NCBI GenBank assembly: GCA_951406725.2
Contig: OX597818.1
Coordinates: 56,544,001-56,608,000, forward strand
Reading direction: 5' to 3'
Length of the DNA: 64,000 nucleotides
From: Octopus vulgaris
Lineage: Eukaryota
Shown here: positions 61,588 through 64,000 of the stretch, piece after piece
Layout: each line of letters opens with the position of its first letter
Position numbering within the stretch: the stretch's first letter is position 1
The notes under the pieces: model-generated
Databases searched by the model: none
Told to the model about the DNA's origin: nothing
What the model saw: only the letters and a program-made list of their open reading frames with translations
Program-made: the position numbers and the translations under genes

Positions 61588-62330
61588 GTAGGAGTGGCTG
61601 TGTGGTAAGTAGCTTGCAACTACATGGTTCTGGGTTCATTCCCACTGTGTGGCACCATGGGCAAGTGTCTTCTACTATAGCCTTGGGCCGACCAAAGCCT
61701 TGTGAGTGGATTTGGTAGATGGAAACTGAAAGAAGCCCGTCGTATGTATGTATATATCACCGTGACCGACCAGGCTATTAGATGTTGTTTCACATCACTG
61801 GTCACAATGCGCTTCGCATTGTTTTAGCCTTCAAATGACGCCACCCCGCTGGCTAAGCGAGCAGACCAACAGAAGAAAGAGTGAGAGAAAGTTGTGGCGA
61901 AAGAGTACAGCAGGGATCGCCACCACCCTCTGCCGGAGCCTCGTGGAGCTTTAGGTGTTTTCGTTCATTAAACACTCACAACGCCCAGTCAATCGAAACC
62001 GCGATCCTACGACCGCGAGTCCGCTGCCCTAACCACTAGGCCATTGCGCCTCCACATATGTATATATATACATATATGTATACATATATATATATATGCA
62101 TACATGTATGTATGTGTGTGTATATGTTTGTGTGTCTGTGTTTGTCCCCCCAACATAGTTTGACAACTGATGTTGGTGTGTTTACGTCCCCGTAAATTAG
62201 CGGTTCGGCAAAAGAGATTGATGGAATAAGTACTAGGCTTACAAAGAATAAGCTCTGGGGTCGATTTGCTTGACTATAAAGGCGATGTCCCAGCATGGCC
62301 GCAGTCAAATGACCGAAACAAGTAAAAGAG
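61588..62330 (+). mobile_element. SINE family A with a nested family C SINE (61755-62055, minus strand)
   Basis: Complete family C head plus 3' module inside the TA tract. Confidence 0.8.
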
Positions 62331-62786
62331 CTAACTGTTAGAGCCAAGCTCAAACTCTGCGATGGCACCGTATCGTCCCTGTCCTTCCAGATTATCCATC
62401 CATGCCACAGTAAATCTTGTAATCAGCTGTCAGGAGTTTCAAGATTATGTAAGACCACACGGCCGCAAATGACATTTTTCCTCGTGCTCTTCCTTGTTTG
62501 TTTAGCCCTAGGTCAGCTTTGATTGAGTAGACCGTCCCGTCTTTTTAATATTTAGAACCACATTGCCTAATGTGTTCTTTCTTTAAGACAGTCAGAAGAT
62601 ATTTGAGAGTGATTTGGCTGCTGTTTCTAGCAGATTGACTTGTAGAAACCACTTCATTGATGGGTGGTGAGATAGCAGCAAAATGGATTATCATCTGTTA
62701 AATATAACCATTTTCTTTCACATTTCAAAGATCATTCTCGTTAATTTCTGTATAGAAATCTTTAAATCAAAACATCTTTTCTTTCT

Positions 62787-62870
<84 letters not shown>

Positions 62871-63445
62871 AAATAAAAGGATGTGTTGATCTAAAGATTC
62901 CCATACAGAAATATATACTTATTTCATGTAATTTCCATGTCAAAAAAATAATTTATTTTGATGTTTTAGCAAATTATCCAATTAATGTCGCAACTTTTGC
63001 TGTTCTTTGGATATTTAGCTTCATTAACTAACAGCGGTTGATTTAATTAGTTGAAGATATAATCACATTTGCAGCATGGAATTAATAATTTCCGATAGTA
63101 ATGCAATGGGGAATAAAAAAGGACAAAAAATAAAATAAAAAAACAGGATTATATATTGACATAAAATATTCACAACACAGAACTGAACTGTTGTAAAGTT
63201 ATGGCACATGTCCAGAGAGAAGGTAGACTGTTACTTGTATATTCAGTGTGAGAGATTAAAACACAAACTTAAAATTCAATTTTTAAATTTAGTTCTGGAA
63301 GTATAAGAATGTTCGATGGCTAAGACAAAATATCAAGCTAAACAAATTACAATATTCAGTTTACTACTTCATCTTGATTCCAGGTTCAAATCTCACTAGG
63401 TATAACTTCATCATGTTGGTTACTGTCTCTGAAAGCGATTAAGTG

Positions 63446-63675
63446 TTAACCCTTCCTTTACTGTATTTATTTTGAGATGCTCTGTGTTTCTTTCAATCAC
63501 TTTAAATATAACAAAGAATTTAGTAAAATAACTTCGTTATATCATTCAGCTAATTTTAGGAACATATTTTGTGACTAAGGTTTGGTGGAAGATTTTAATT
63601 CAGAACATTTGAAAACAAGACATTTGTACTCGGGGCCAGAGCTGGTTTCAGCCGGGTTGGTATCAAAAGGGTTAA
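63446..63675 (-). mobile_element. piggyBac-type MITE
   Basis: TTAA-CCC...GGG-TTAA; same family as 1900-2126. Confidence 0.85.
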
Positions 63676-63689
63676 ATACTAATTTCAGG

Positions 63690-63888
63690 TATGAGCTGCA
63701 AGATGCAGGAGGAAAGAGTGAGAGAAAGTTGTGGCGAAGGAGTCAGCAGAAGTTCCTCATTACCTTCTGCGGAGCCTCGTGGAGCTTAGGTGTTTCGCTC
63801 ATAAACACACATTGCCTGGTCTGAGATTCGAACCCGCGATCTCTCGGCCGCGAGTCCGCAGCTCTAACCACTAGGCCATGTACCTCCA
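63690..63888 (-). mobile_element. SINE family C, diverged
   Basis: Head tggcctagtggttagagctgcggactcgcgg...gggttcgaatc on the minus strand. Confidence 0.7.
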
Positions 63889-64000
63889 CTATAATAAAAG
63901 GTGTTCCAGGCAGGATCATTTTTTTCTTTTGCCAGCACGGTATACCTGTGATTACATTATCCAGTGTCTCCTTCCTCTCTATATGAGTGTACTGTGCAAC

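Overview
AT-rich, microsatellite- and repeat-dense eukaryotic (animal) genomic DNA. The SINE/MITE families look like those of Octopus, recognised from memory rather than by search. The only host coding sequence I can support is one exon (1366-1801, CDS from 1531) of a claudin/PMP22-like tetraspan gene on the + strand. The rest behaves as a single intron of more than 62 kb. It contains three tRNA-derived SINE families, RTE and CR1 LINE tails, TTAA (piggyBac-type), Tc1 and hAT MITEs, non-autonomous Helitrons, decayed Helitron-helicase, Tigger, DD37D and mariner transposase fragments, a 46-bp minisatellite with higher-order structure, and a 7SL (SRP RNA) copy. Almost all ORFs in the track are repeat or microsatellite artefacts. 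The most interesting signals are: (1) five short elements in (TA)n tracts carrying a minimal hammerhead-ribozyme-like fold with stem covariation and non-canonical cores; (2) a candidate recursive splice site with an RS-exon at 48519/48520 that would regenerate the gene's own donor sequence; (3) hairpin-capped TA-targeting elements; (4) a tRNA-like cloverleaf on a long stem; (5) modular and multimeric SINEs inserted as single units. Repeat boundaries were read by eye and are approximate.
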